A DNA stretch of 64,000 nucleotides. Origin: Acidobacteriota bacterium. GTDB taxonomy: Bacteria; Acidobacteriota; Thermoanaerobaculia; Gp7-AA8. The translations under genes were made by a program, and so were the position numbers. The notes under the pieces are model-generated. The model did no database searches. It was not told where the DNA came from and worked only from the letters and a program-made list of their open reading frames with translations. The DNA lies in NCBI GenBank assembly GCA_019244185.1, contig JAFATB010000022.1, positions 160,001 through 224,000 on the forward strand. The letters run 5' to 3'. Positions within the stretch are counted from its first letter, which is position 1. Every line of letters starts with the position of its first letter. Positions 1 to 8,806 of this stretch are shown piece by piece.

Positions 1-292
1 AATCCACGCCGGCGATCGCTTTCCGTTGCTCACGTCGATGCATTGGCAGGTGCACGTCTACGGCGACGTGCCTGACGCCATTGAGAACGCATGCGCGGAG
101 CTCGACATCCCGCTCCATCACGGCCACTGGACGCGCGAGCTCGCAAATCTAGGACTCCGACGCAACGCGCTCTACGCCGTGCGCCCCGATTCCTACGTCG
201 GCTTTGCGGATGCGCGCGCGGACGCGCAGCGATTGCGCGCGTATTTCACGCGCGTTGGCGTCCATGGATCGGATCCTCCGCCGCGGCGATGA
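1..292 (+). CDS. C-terminal part of FAD-dependent monooxygenase (partial, starts before window)
   Basis: Frame reads IHAGDRFPLL...WQVHVYG...ALYAVRPDSYVG; the G.R.P and LxRPDxYV motifs are typical of the C-terminal domain of aromatic-ring hydroxylases. Confidence 0.6.
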   Translation, partial: IHAGDRFPLLTSMHWQVHVYGDVPDAIENACAELDIPLHHGHWTRELANLGLRRNALYAVRPDSYVGFADARADAQRLRAYFTRVGVHGSDPPPRR

Positions 293-358
293 GCGATCGC
301 GAGTGAGGTAGGGATTTTCGTTTGCCGGTCACTCCTCTGCCGAGAGAGGGAGACGCCG

Positions 359-1267
359 ATGAACATCACCAACCCGAAAGTCGCCGGTCAGACCGACGCG
401 CACCTGCAGAACCTGCTGGCGCTCATGCCGAAAAAGAACCCGACGGAGTACCTGATCCGCGGAACGAAAACCGTCCCGGAGTGGGAAGGCGTGAAGAAGC
501 ATTTCCAGGGGATCGCTCCGATGAACGGCTCCGAGTCGATCATCGGCCAGATCAGCGCGAGCGCGGATACGTGGTGGTGCGCGTCCTTCATCGAGCGTTC
601 GATCGGAACGACAGGGATCGTGTCGGATGTCTTCGGCAGCGAGCACTACGACCACGCCGGCGGGATCCAGCGCCTCGGCGATGTGCTGCCGGTGCCGTTG
701 GAAAAAAGCGGCAGCGACGTGGTCACCGTCGCGTTCTACGACGTCACCAACGCCAACACGACGTACATGTACGAGTACGGATACCGCGGAAAGGCCTCAG
801 GCGTCGCCATCACCAACTACTGCGATTCCGACCACAACGAACAGGCGGTGATGCTGGTCTACGAATACGATCCGAAACGATTCAAGATCTATCGCACGGC
901 CGCCGATGCGGTGACGAGCAGGTCGTGGGAGCACGTCGGCGAAACGAACGCGATCCCGGATCCCGCGCGCCTCGACGATCAATTTCAGAGCTTCGGCCTC
1001 GTCACCCAGACGTTCAACGATACGGACACGGTGTACCTCCTCGCCTTTCGCGAGAACGAAGCGATCGTCCTCTGCACGATGGATACGGGATCAAATTACG
1101 GGCATCTCACGTACGTCGAGACCTACGAGGGCTTCGACGGCTCGCAGTGGCGCTACGGCGTGGGGCTGCAGATCTGCGGCCCGAGCAAACTGCGGATCTT
1201 CGGATGCAGTGAAGATCCCACCGGTGACACCGACGACTATTCGTTCCCGCTTTACGTCTGGGGCTGA
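359..1267 (+). CDS. hypothetical protein (possible beta-propeller)
   Basis: 302-aa ORF with a purine-rich SD (GAGAGGGAG), natural amino-acid composition and a downstream hairpin; HFQG and DHAGGIQ motifs; no family recognised. Confidence 0.7.
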   Translation: MNITNPKVAGQTDAHLQNLLALMPKKNPTEYLIRGTKTVPEWEGVKKHFQGIAPMNGSESIIGQISASADTWWCASFIERSIGTTGIVSDVFGSEHYDHAGGIQRLGDVLPVPLEKSGSDVVTVAFYDVTNANTTYMYEYGYRGKASGVAITNYCDSDHNEQAVMLVYEYDPKRFKIYRTAADAVTSRSWEHVGETNAIPDPARLDDQFQSFGLVTQTFNDTDTVYLLAFRENEAIVLCTMDTGSNYGHLTYVETYEGFDGSQWRYGVGLQICGPSKLRIFGCSEDPTGDTDDYSFPLYVWG

Positions 1268-1271
1268 AACC

Positions 1272-1302
1272 CACGACTCCGGCCTCACGGCCGGAGGTCG
1301 TG
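1272..1302. terminator. GC-rich hairpin between convergent genes
   Basis: CACGAC-TCCGGCC...GGCCGGA-G-GTCGTG inverted repeat immediately after the stop at 1267; no U-tract. Confidence 0.4.
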
Positions 1303-1342
1303 ACGGCGGCCACATCACGCGACGCAGGCGTCCAGCGCCCGC

Positions 1343-2263
1343 TCATGCATGCGCGCGGCGCGGCGTGTTGCCGAACGCCGCTTTCCAGACGCGGCGGAGC
1401 TGGCGCGCGTTGTCGAAGCCGCAGCGGTTGGCGACGCCGTCGACGGTGAGCCGCGGGTCGTGCATCAGCGTGCGCGCGAGCTCGAGGCGGACGCGCGTCG
1501 AGAATTCTTTGATCGACAGTCCCGTGGCGGTGCGGAAGTGCCGCGTGAGATTGCGCGCGCTCATGCCGGCGACGGATGCGAGCTGCGGCAGCGTCGTCTT
1601 CGCGTCGGGATGCTGCGTGAGCCAGTCCTGCACGCGGTGGATGCCCGGATGGAGGTGCGTGCGGTAGTCGAGGTAGATGCTCTCCTGCTCGTGCGCGCCG
1701 TCGCGGCGCAGGTAGACGACCATCTCGCGCGCGACGGCGGCGGCGGTGAGCGGCCCCCACGAACGCTCGATGAGCGCGAGGGCCATGTCGATGCCGGACG
1801 CGATGCCGGCGCTGGTCGTCACCGCGCCGTCGCTGACGAAGAGCCGGTTGTCGACGACGCGGGCGCGCGGGAAGCGCATCCGCAGCTCGTTCGTGCGCGA
1901 CCAGTGCGTCGTGCAGCGCCGGCCGTCGAGCAGCCCGGCCTCGCCGAGGATGAAGGCGCCCGTGCAGATCGAGGCGAGCTGCGCGCCGGCCGCGGCAGAC
2001 GTTTTGAGCCAGCGCAGATCGGCGCGGTCGATGCGTTGCGTGGCGCGGTACTTCATCCCCGGCACGACCACGAGATCACCTTCACGCGCTTCCGGCAGCT
2101 GCTCGAGATCGGCGAGGACGACGCCCTGGTCGGTGCGGATGCGCTCCGTCCGCGCGCAGGTGCGGAGGACGAAGCGTCGCTCGAACGCGTTCGCCTCCGA
2201 GAACGCCTGCAGCGGGCCGGCGAGGTCGAGGATCTCGACCTCCGGCAGCAGCACGAAGATCAC
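1343..2263 (-). CDS. GlxA-family transcriptional regulator (DJ-1/PfpI + AraC HTH)
   Basis: LDLAGPLQAF, ASICTGAFILGEAGLLDGRRCTTHW, TSAGIASGID motifs and a C-terminal AraC HTH; GTG start overlaps the upstream TGA (GTGA). Confidence 0.9.
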   Translation of the reverse strand: MIFVLLPEVEILDLAGPLQAFSEANAFERRFVLRTCARTERIRTDQGVVLADLEQLPEAREGDLVVVPGMKYRATQRIDRADLRWLKTSAAAGAQLASICTGAFILGEAGLLDGRRCTTHWSRTNELRMRFPRARVVDNRLFVSDGAVTTSAGIASGIDMALALIERSWGPLTAAAVAREMVVYLRRDGAHEQESIYLDYRTHLHPGIHRVQDWLTQHPDAKTTLPQLASVAGMSARNLTRHFRTATGLSIKEFSTRVRLELARTLMHDPRLTVDGVANRCGFDNARQLRRVWKAAFGNTPRRAHA

Positions 2264-2850
2264 CTGGCGGATGGGACGAGCGCCTCCTTCACTTCGCTCA
2301 CGAGGTCGCTCGTGCGCGCGATGCGCGCGAAGCGCCCGCGCAGCACGAACTCGGTGCGGCGCACGATGTCGTCGGTGGGCAACTCGTCGCCGGTCTCCGC
2401 GTTCACGATCGGGAACGTCAGCGTCGCGTCGGTCACGAAATCGCAGTCGTAACCGAGGTCCGCGCCGATGCGCGTGGTCGTCTCGACGCACTGTTCGGTC
2501 TGGATGCCGGTGAGCACGAGCCGCGTCACGCCGAGGGCGGCGAGGCGCTGCTGAAGGTCGGTGCTCGTGAACGAGTTGCGCGTGTTCTTCACCAGCAGCG
2601 GCTCGGTGTCGCGGCGGCGGATGAAGTCCATCAGCTTGAACGCGGGGCTGTCGCGGTGGAATGGCGCGTCGTCGTCGGTATGCAGGATGAAGACGACCGG
2701 CAGCGCGGCGTCGCGATACGCGTCGATGAGCGCGGCGACGTTGTCCTCGAAGCCGGGATTGTTGCGGCGCTGCCAGCGCGGCAGCTCTTTGAACGAGTCC
2801 TGCACGTCGATGACGAGCAGCGCGGAGCGGTCGATCGGTTGTTTGTCCAT
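2260..2850 (-). CDS. isochorismatase-family cysteine hydrolase
   Basis: ALLVIDVQ, K..NSF and GIQTEQCVETT motifs; start chosen at MDKQ. Confidence 0.9.
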   Translation of the reverse strand: MDKQPIDRSALLVIDVQDSFKELPRWQRRNNPGFEDNVAALIDAYRDAALPVVFILHTDDDAPFHRDSPAFKLMDFIRRRDTEPLLVKNTRNSFTSTDLQQRLAALGVTRLVLTGIQTEQCVETTTRIGADLGYDCDFVTDATLTFPIVNAETGDELPTDDIVRRTEFVLRGRFARIARTSDLVSEVKEALVPSAR

Positions 2851-2915
2851 GACGTGCATCGTGCGCGCGGACCACGGGTCGCGTGGTGACGATGATAGGA
2901 CGAAATGGGCCAACA

Positions 2916-4055
2916 TCACGCGAGCGCCTGAATGGCCCGGCTGCGGATCTTCGTGCCGGACTGGAAGAAGCCGCCGCACGCACCGAGCGTGCTGCAGCCG
3001 TTGCATTGCGGGAGGTAGACGTTCTTCCAATCCGAGATCGACTTGCGCGCGAGCGGCCGCAGGCGCGGGGCGAGCACGCAGAGCTGGTGGTTGTAGACGG
3101 ACGCGCTCATGCCGGCGTTGCGGATGATCGACGTCGCGTCGACGAGCTCGCGCTGGTAGTCGGCGGGATCGATCCACAGCTCGTCGAGATGCTGGTGCAC
3201 GAGGCCGACCATCTCGAGGCCCATGAACGCGACGTGCGCGGCGAAGGGGAGGTTGCGCGCGATGAACTCCGCGAGCCGCCCGAGGCGCGGAATCGTGAGC
3301 GCGTGCAACACGACGCGAAGCTCGATGCGCACGCCGTAGCGATCGAGGTGATGGAGGCCGAGGACGGTTTCCTCGAACGCGCCGCGCGCCTGCACGATGT
3401 GGTCGTGCAGCGTGTCGACGTCGGAGTAGAGCGGGATGCCGAGGACGAGATCGGGATGCGCGATCGCGCCGAGCTTCTCGGCGAAGCGGCGGTAGTAGAA
3501 GAGGCGACCGTTCGTCAGCACGTGCAGCGCGGTCGACGGCAGCCGCTCTTTGCAGCGCGCGATGAGCGCGAGAAAGCCGTCGCGGAAGAGCGTCGGCTCG
3601 CCGCCGGTGATGCCCAGCTCTGCGGTCGCGGGATCGATGAGATCGATGTGGCGGAAGTGCTCGACGAGACGATCGGAGTCGTCGTGCGCTTTCGGCGGTT
3701 GCGAGCACATGAGACAGAGGCTGTTGCATTGCTCGGTGACGAGGATGAAGTTGTGCTGCGACGCGCGGCGATACAGCGCGCGCACGTTGCCGAACGGATC
3801 GACGGCCACCACGTCGCCGTCGTCGAGATACGCGAGCTGGCGCAGCCCGTGCGCGAGCGGCACGTTCTCGACATGTGGCGGCTCGCCGATGGCGAGGATG
3901 CCGAGGTAATCGCGCGGATCACACGGCAACACGCTGTCGTCGACGAGCAGCCACGCGTCGGCGCGAGCGCGTGCATCGGCGAGCGGAGTGCGCGTGACGC
4001 GGCCGATCAGCGTGCGTTCGACGCCGGAGACGCGCGCGAGCTCGTGCAGTTTCAT
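2916..4055 (-). CDS. hxsC: His-Xaa-Ser system radical SAM maturase HxsC
   Basis: CNSLCLMC cluster motif, GITGGEPTL, SISDWKN.Y and C-terminal CNGC...CGG; ATGA overlap with hxsB. Confidence 0.88.
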   Translation of the reverse strand: MKLHELARVSGVERTLIGRVTRTPLADARARADAWLLVDDSVLPCDPRDYLGILAIGEPPHVENVPLAHGLRQLAYLDDGDVVAVDPFGNVRALYRRASQHNFILVTEQCNSLCLMCSQPPKAHDDSDRLVEHFRHIDLIDPATAELGITGGEPTLFRDGFLALIARCKERLPSTALHVLTNGRLFYYRRFAEKLGAIAHPDLVLGIPLYSDVDTLHDHIVQARGAFEETVLGLHHLDRYGVRIELRVVLHALTIPRLGRLAEFIARNLPFAAHVAFMGLEMVGLVHQHLDELWIDPADYQRELVDATSIIRNAGMSASVYNHQLCVLAPRLRPLARKSISDWKNVYLPQCNGCSTLGACGGFFQSGTKIRSRAIQALA

Positions 4056-5500
4056 GCGACCTCCGCCTGTAGCGGCACCGCTTCCTCGCGCAGCCACGAC
4101 CAGAACACGTCGCGCGCCGTCGTGTCGCGTTCGAGCAACGAGAGCAGGTGGCGGATGAGGAAGAAGTTCTTCTCGTGGAACGCGCTGGTCGGCACATGCG
4201 GGACGAGATCGCCGGTCGTCGCGTAGTGGTAGACCGGATCGGCGCCGCACCACGGCAGGAACGCGCAGTCGGCGCAGCCGAGGATCGACTCGGCGACGGA
4301 CGACTCGACGATCGTGCGCAGCGTCGCCCCGCCGAAGATGGTCTCGTAGCGGTCGCGATGCGCATTGCCGAGAAGGAAGCGGCGGTCGTGCATCTCGGCG
4401 AGCATCCGCGCCTCGTCGGAGGCGTAGACGTCGCCGTCGTAGTTGTAGACGACCGCGCCGATGCCCGCGCCGGCGGGGCTTTGCAGATCGACGTAGCCGG
4501 TGGCGAACGGCGTGAGCATGCGCGTCAAGAGGAGCTGCGCGTACGACTCGACGAGGCGCGTGCCCGCTGCGTTGATGGCGATGATGCGATCCAGCGCGCG
4601 GACGTAAAAGTCGAGAAACTCGCGCGTCGTGTAGCCGTTCGCACGCGCGCTGCGCAGCGCGAAACCGTACGGGCTGAGCGGCCGCAGGAAGATTGACGTG
4701 AATCCGTGGCGCACATATTCATCGACGATCTCCTCGGGCATCTGCAGCGACGCGCGCGTTGTCGTCATGAGCGCCGCGACGCGATCGGGGCCGAGCGCCT
4801 CGCGCGCGCGGCGCACGCCGTCGAGCGTCCGCGCGTGGCTGTCGTTTCCCGGACGCGGACGATTCGCATCGTGCAGCGCCGCGGGGCCGTCGAGCGACGT
4901 CGAAAGACAGACGCCGTACTCGCGGAAAAAAGCCAGCATCGCGTCGTCGAGCAGCGCGAGGTTCGTGGTGACGACGAACTCGATCGCGCGCCGCTCGCGT
5001 TCCGCGCGTTCCCGCGCGTCGACGATGATCTGCCGCACGCGCTCGAAGTTCAGCAGCGGCTCGCCGCCCTGCAACTCGATCTTCAGCAGCGGCGCGGGCG
5101 AGCGGAAGACGAGATCGAGCGCGCGCCGCGCGGTCTCCTCGCTCATGTCGTAGCGCGTGCGGTCGCTGCTGACGCGAGAGACCTGGCAGTAACTGCACGA
5201 GTGTTCGCAGCGCAGCGAGACGACGAAGAGGTGCAGACTGGTGAAGCCGCCGAGGAACGATTTCTTCGTGCGGATCTTCGTCGCGAGGAGCTCGAACGGC
5301 ACCGCGCTGTCGCTGTCGAAGAGGAAGTGTTTCGCTTTCAGGTCGAGATACACGTCGGTGTTCGGCGAGAGCTCGCGCCGCACGAATCGCGCGAAGTCGT
5401 CGTGCGCCACGAAGAGGAACTCGCCCGCTTCGTTGACCGCGAGCGTGCGCGCGTCATCGAACCGCAGAAACCGGAACGGCAGCAGGCGATACCCGCTCAC
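4052..5500 (-). CDS. hxsB: His-Xaa-Ser system radical SAM maturase HxsB
   Basis: N-terminal YRLLPFRF, CEHSCSYCQ, ELQGGEPLL, YVDLQSPAG, DGDVYASDE and SPASM-like CADCAFLPWCGADP; GTG start overlaps the hxsD stop. Confidence 0.9.
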   Translation of the reverse strand: MSGYRLLPFRFLRFDDARTLAVNEAGEFLFVAHDDFARFVRRELSPNTDVYLDLKAKHFLFDSDSAVPFELLATKIRTKKSFLGGFTSLHLFVVSLRCEHSCSYCQVSRVSSDRTRYDMSEETARRALDLVFRSPAPLLKIELQGGEPLLNFERVRQIIVDARERAERERRAIEFVVTTNLALLDDAMLAFFREYGVCLSTSLDGPAALHDANRPRPGNDSHARTLDGVRRAREALGPDRVAALMTTTRASLQMPEEIVDEYVRHGFTSIFLRPLSPYGFALRSARANGYTTREFLDFYVRALDRIIAINAAGTRLVESYAQLLLTRMLTPFATGYVDLQSPAGAGIGAVVYNYDGDVYASDEARMLAEMHDRRFLLGNAHRDRYETIFGGATLRTIVESSVAESILGCADCAFLPWCGADPVYHYATTGDLVPHVPTSAFHEKNFFLIRHLLSLLERDTTARDVFWSWLREEAVPLQAEVA

Positions 5501-5874
5501 CCCGCAATTCCTCGGCGATCCTCGCGCTCGCCGCTCTCCATGTCGCGGCGGTCGAGCAGGTCCGCCTCGCAAAACGCCTGCGCGACGAGCAGCTCGCGAA
5601 TCGCGCGCGTTTCCTCGGCGACGATCGCGCGCAGGTGGTGATCGATGAGCGCGTTCGAGAACTCGCCGGCGAGGTCGCGCAATGCGTCGCGTTCATCGCG
5701 GGCCGCGAGCTCGACGACGATGCTCTCGTCCGATGCGCGCCGCGTGAAGACATAGCAGCGCGCGGTGAAGGCGTGACAGACGCGCAGCACGACCGGCAGC
5801 GGATGAACGGTGAGATCGACGTTGATGGCCAGTCCGCGCGCGGTCGGTTCCGTCCACGGCAAGGATTCGTTCAT
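5497..5874 (-). CDS. hxsD: His-Xaa-Ser system protein HxsD
   Basis: EFSNALIDHHLR...ETRAIRELLVAQAF motif; lies between hxsA and hxsB with 4-nt overlaps on both sides. Confidence 0.85.
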   Translation of the reverse strand: MNESLPWTEPTARGLAINVDLTVHPLPVVLRVCHAFTARCYVFTRRASDESIVVELAARDERDALRDLAGEFSNALIDHHLRAIVAEETRAIRELLVAQAFCEADLLDRRDMESGEREDRRGIAG

Positions 5875-6932
5875 GGCTCGCGCTCCACGCGGACGTTTGC
5901 GAACTCCGCGGCGGTGGTCGACTCGATGCGCCGCGTCGTGCCGGCGCTCAGCGCGACAGACAGGCGGTTGAGCGGAATGGCCGGCGTCTCGACGTAGTGC
6001 GTCGTCCAATGCTTGCCGTCGGCGCTCGTTTCCCAGCAGACGAGCGGCGCGACGCTGGTGACGCGCAGGCGGAGGAAGCGCACGCTCGCGGCGGCGCCGA
6101 TGACGTGCGTCACGGCGTAACCGGCATTGTGACTTTCGACGGAGAGCTGTTCGTGCTCGATCCGGAAACCGAGCCAGTTGTCCGCGTCGATGGCCGCGGC
6201 GACGATCGTGGTCGCATTCACGGCGGCCTTGCCCAGTTCGACGACCATCGTCTGGACGCTGAGATTGACGGTTCGGATGGAGACGTAGCCGCCGAAGTGC
6301 GCCTCGTCTTCGCCGATGCGCGGCGTGATCGCGACGACGCTGTCGTGCTGCCGCACGTGGATGGTGGAGTCGAACGTCTGTGACTGCGTGGCGAGCACGC
6401 CGCGCATCCAGAGAACGTCGCGCATCTCTTCGGCGTCGAACGAATCCTCCCAGACGACGACAGGCTGCGGCGCCGCCGGTTTCTCACGTTTGCGCGAAGG
6501 TTTTGGAGTCTCGAGGACGCGCTGCGGTGGCGGCTCGACCGACCGCTGCGGAGGGGGTGCGACCGGCGCGGGCGAGGGCGTGAATCCCGACGACGAGTAA
6601 TGCGACGACGAAAAGTGCGATCCCGAAAAATGCGAGCCGCTGCTGTGCGAGCTATGCGACGCGTGCGAGCTGTGCGATGCGTGTCCGGCGAGATGCACGA
6701 AGAACGAGTTCGCGGACCGCTTGAGCACATACCTTCCTTTGAATCTGCGCACGCTCGCCTCGGGTTCGAACGCGGGGTCGAGCGGCACGCGCGGCTGCGC
6801 GCCGGCGTCGGCGGCGGGCTGCGTGGCGAGGCCGAGAAGGCTGGCGCTGAGGGCGATGCGCGCGGTCATGCGGCGGAGCGAGAGCGCGCGGCGCAGGTTC
6901 CAGAGGGCGTCCTTCCAATCGCGGTTCGGCAT
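5871..6932 (-). CDS. hxsA: His-Xaa-Ser repeat precursor protein (HxsA-like) with signal-like N-terminus and C-terminal beta-rich domain
   Basis: GHASHSSHASHSSHSSGSHFSGSHFSSSHYSS tract, Pro-rich linker and ~190-aa C-terminal domain; directly upstream of hxsD-B-C. Confidence 0.8.
   Translation of the reverse strand: MPNRDWKDALWNLRRALSLRRMTARIALSASLLGLATQPAADAGAQPRVPLDPAFEPEASVRRFKGRYVLKRSANSFFVHLAGHASHSSHASHSSHSSGSHFSGSHFSSSHYSSSGFTPSPAPVAPPPQRSVEPPPQRVLETPKPSRKREKPAAPQPVVVWEDSFDAEEMRDVLWMRGVLATQSQTFDSTIHVRQHDSVVAITPRIGEDEAHFGGYVSIRTVNLSVQTMVVELGKAAVNATTIVAAAIDADNWLGFRIEHEQLSVESHNAGYAVTHVIGAAASVRFLRLRVTSVAPLVCWETSADGKHWTTHYVETPAIPLNRLSVALSAGTTRRIESTTAAEFANVRVEREP
6595..6683 (-). repeat. His-Xaa-Ser coding repeat (5 tandem HxS + 3 SH[FY]S units at 5-aa period)
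   Basis: Direct translation of the minus strand. Confidence 0.85.
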
Positions 6933-6940
6933 CGTGTCCT

Positions 6941-8761
6941 TCAGCCCGCGCGGCGGCGGCGCGCTCTTTCGATGGACGCCACGTCACGCGCCATCGCCGT
7001 GCGCAGCGCGATGAGCGGCGCCGTGCCCCAGTTGCCGGTGGCGCGTTCCCACGCGACGAGGATCTGTTCGGCGGCGATGCGTTTGTGCAGACGGCTCGTC
7101 GCGTCGTCGTCGCGTTGTGCATCGGCCGCGGCGTCGAGTCCTTTCTCGCGCAGCAGCGTGACCACGGGCTGCAGCGCGTCGTCGTCGACGCCGAAGCGGC
7201 GCGCGGTTTCGAGCGCATCGCCGGCCGACTTCCAGTCGCCGTGCTCGATGCGCAGCCGGGCGAAGACCGGATAGACGCGCGCCGCGACCGCGCGCGCGTC
7301 GGATTGCGCGCGCGCCGATTCGCTGAGGAGCGCGAGCGTCGCGGCGGCTTCCGTCCACTCCTGCGCGGCAATGTTGCGGGAGATCGTCGCGAGGACGAGC
7401 CGGTCGAGGAGCAACGCGCCGAGGGCGTGCTGCGGCAGGCCGGTGGGAATCGCGTCGAGCGCGGTACGCGCGGTCGCGATGGCGCTTGCTTCGCGGATGC
7501 GCGCGAGCCGCAGATCGGCCCAGTCATTCGGCGTGGCGCGTTCGCCGAGCGCGCGCAGTTCCTGTTCGGCATCATCGAGGTCGTTGGCCGCGATCAGTGA
7601 GCGCGCGTGGCCGAGACGAGGGAGCGCGGCGACGGCACCGGCGATGCCGATGAGCGTGCACGCCGCGAACGCGATCAGCCAGCGGTCGACGCGTTGTCGC
7701 GTCGACGTCCAGACGGCGGCCGCGCCGTAGAGCGAGGCGAGCGCGCCCGCGCATGCGGCGAGGCTGAGTCCCGTCCAGGCGCTCCAGTAGAACGCGCCGC
7801 GTCCGAGCGACACGAGCGCGATCGCGGCGCCGATGATGAGCAACATCAGCAGCAGCGCACGCAGACGCGAGGCGCGCCGCGCGAACGCTTCGCCGCGGTC
7901 GCGCGGCGGCTCGAAGCGGCAGCCGAAGAGCGGCGTCTGCGCTTCGTGGCTGCCGAGGCGGTAGTGGACGGTGTGCGTCGGCACGCGTGCGATGCGCAGG
8001 TGTTGCCGCTGAATGCGCTCGCCTGGTTGGAGCCGGGGCGCGAGCGTCGTCAGCCACTGCGCGGGGACACTATCGAGATCGGCGGGCGCGAGCGCGCGCG
8101 GCCGATCGACGTCGGCTTCGACGTTCGCGTCGAGTTGCAGCGTCGCATTCGTTTCATCGCCCGTCCACCCGAGCTGCCGCGCCAGCGCGTGCGGATGCAC
8201 GTTCTCGATCGGGCGATGCCACACCTCGAGCTCGAGCCACTGCTGGATGCGTCCTTCGCCCGCGCAGACCGGACACGCGGCGACGCCTCGCCGGCAATGG
8301 CCGCAGTCGACCTGTCCCTTTCCCTTGCACGTCGTGCAGTTGAGCAGGCGGCGCGCGCCGTTCGCGGTGTAGCCGTATTGTTTGCGCTGTCCGTTGCAGG
8401 CGCGGCAGACGAAGACGCCGTAGCCGCTGCAGACGCCGCACGACACGTGTTTCTCGCCGTTACAGTTGCCGCAGATCGCGACGTGATCGCTGCGCGCGCG
8501 CAGCGTCGCCGGGTCGATGTTCCACGGATCGACGGTCTGCAACTCCGGCACGGTGATGCGCGAGCGCACGCTTGCCGGCACCGTCTTCCAGACCACGCGC
8601 CGGCCTTCGACCGCGGACTCGATGAGGCCGACGTATTCGGCGGCGACGGTGACGCCGGTGACGAGCGACTCGACGTTGCGCGGAGCTCCCGCCTGACGCG
8701 CTGCCCAGCGCGCGAAGGCCGCGATCGCGGTTTGCCGCTCATCCGATGCGGGATTGGTCAC
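6941..8761 (-). CDS. membrane protein with DnaJ-like CxxCxGxG zinc-finger repeats and helical-repeat C-terminus
   Basis: Six CxxC motifs (CGNC, CGVC, CRAC, CTTC, CGHC, CPVC), about 3 hydrophobic segments and an Ala-rich TPR-like tail; stop lies 8 bp before hxsA. Confidence 0.75.
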   Translation of the reverse strand: MTNPASDERQTAIAAFARWAARQAGAPRNVESLVTGVTVAAEYVGLIESAVEGRRVVWKTVPASVRSRITVPELQTVDPWNIDPATLRARSDHVAICGNCNGEKHVSCGVCSGYGVFVCRACNGQRKQYGYTANGARRLLNCTTCKGKGQVDCGHCRRGVAACPVCAGEGRIQQWLELEVWHRPIENVHPHALARQLGWTGDETNATLQLDANVEADVDRPRALAPADLDSVPAQWLTTLAPRLQPGERIQRQHLRIARVPTHTVHYRLGSHEAQTPLFGCRFEPPRDRGEAFARRASRLRALLLMLLIIGAAIALVSLGRGAFYWSAWTGLSLAACAGALASLYGAAAVWTSTRQRVDRWLIAFAACTLIGIAGAVAALPRLGHARSLIAANDLDDAEQELRALGERATPNDWADLRLARIREASAIATARTALDAIPTGLPQHALGALLLDRLVLATISRNIAAQEWTEAAATLALLSESARAQSDARAVAARVYPVFARLRIEHGDWKSAGDALETARRFGVDDDALQPVVTLLREKGLDAAADAQRDDDATSRLHKRIAAEQILVAWERATGNWGTAPLIALRTAMARDVASIERARRRRAG

Positions 8762-8806
8762 TCTGGTGTTGAGACACCAAGCTGCGCCGATGGTGGGGCG
8801 ACGGCG

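Noticed and set aside
2916-8761. hxs block as a mobile element or prophage island
   Set aside because: No integrase, transposase, tRNA or flanking direct repeats seen; composition resembles neighbouring genes
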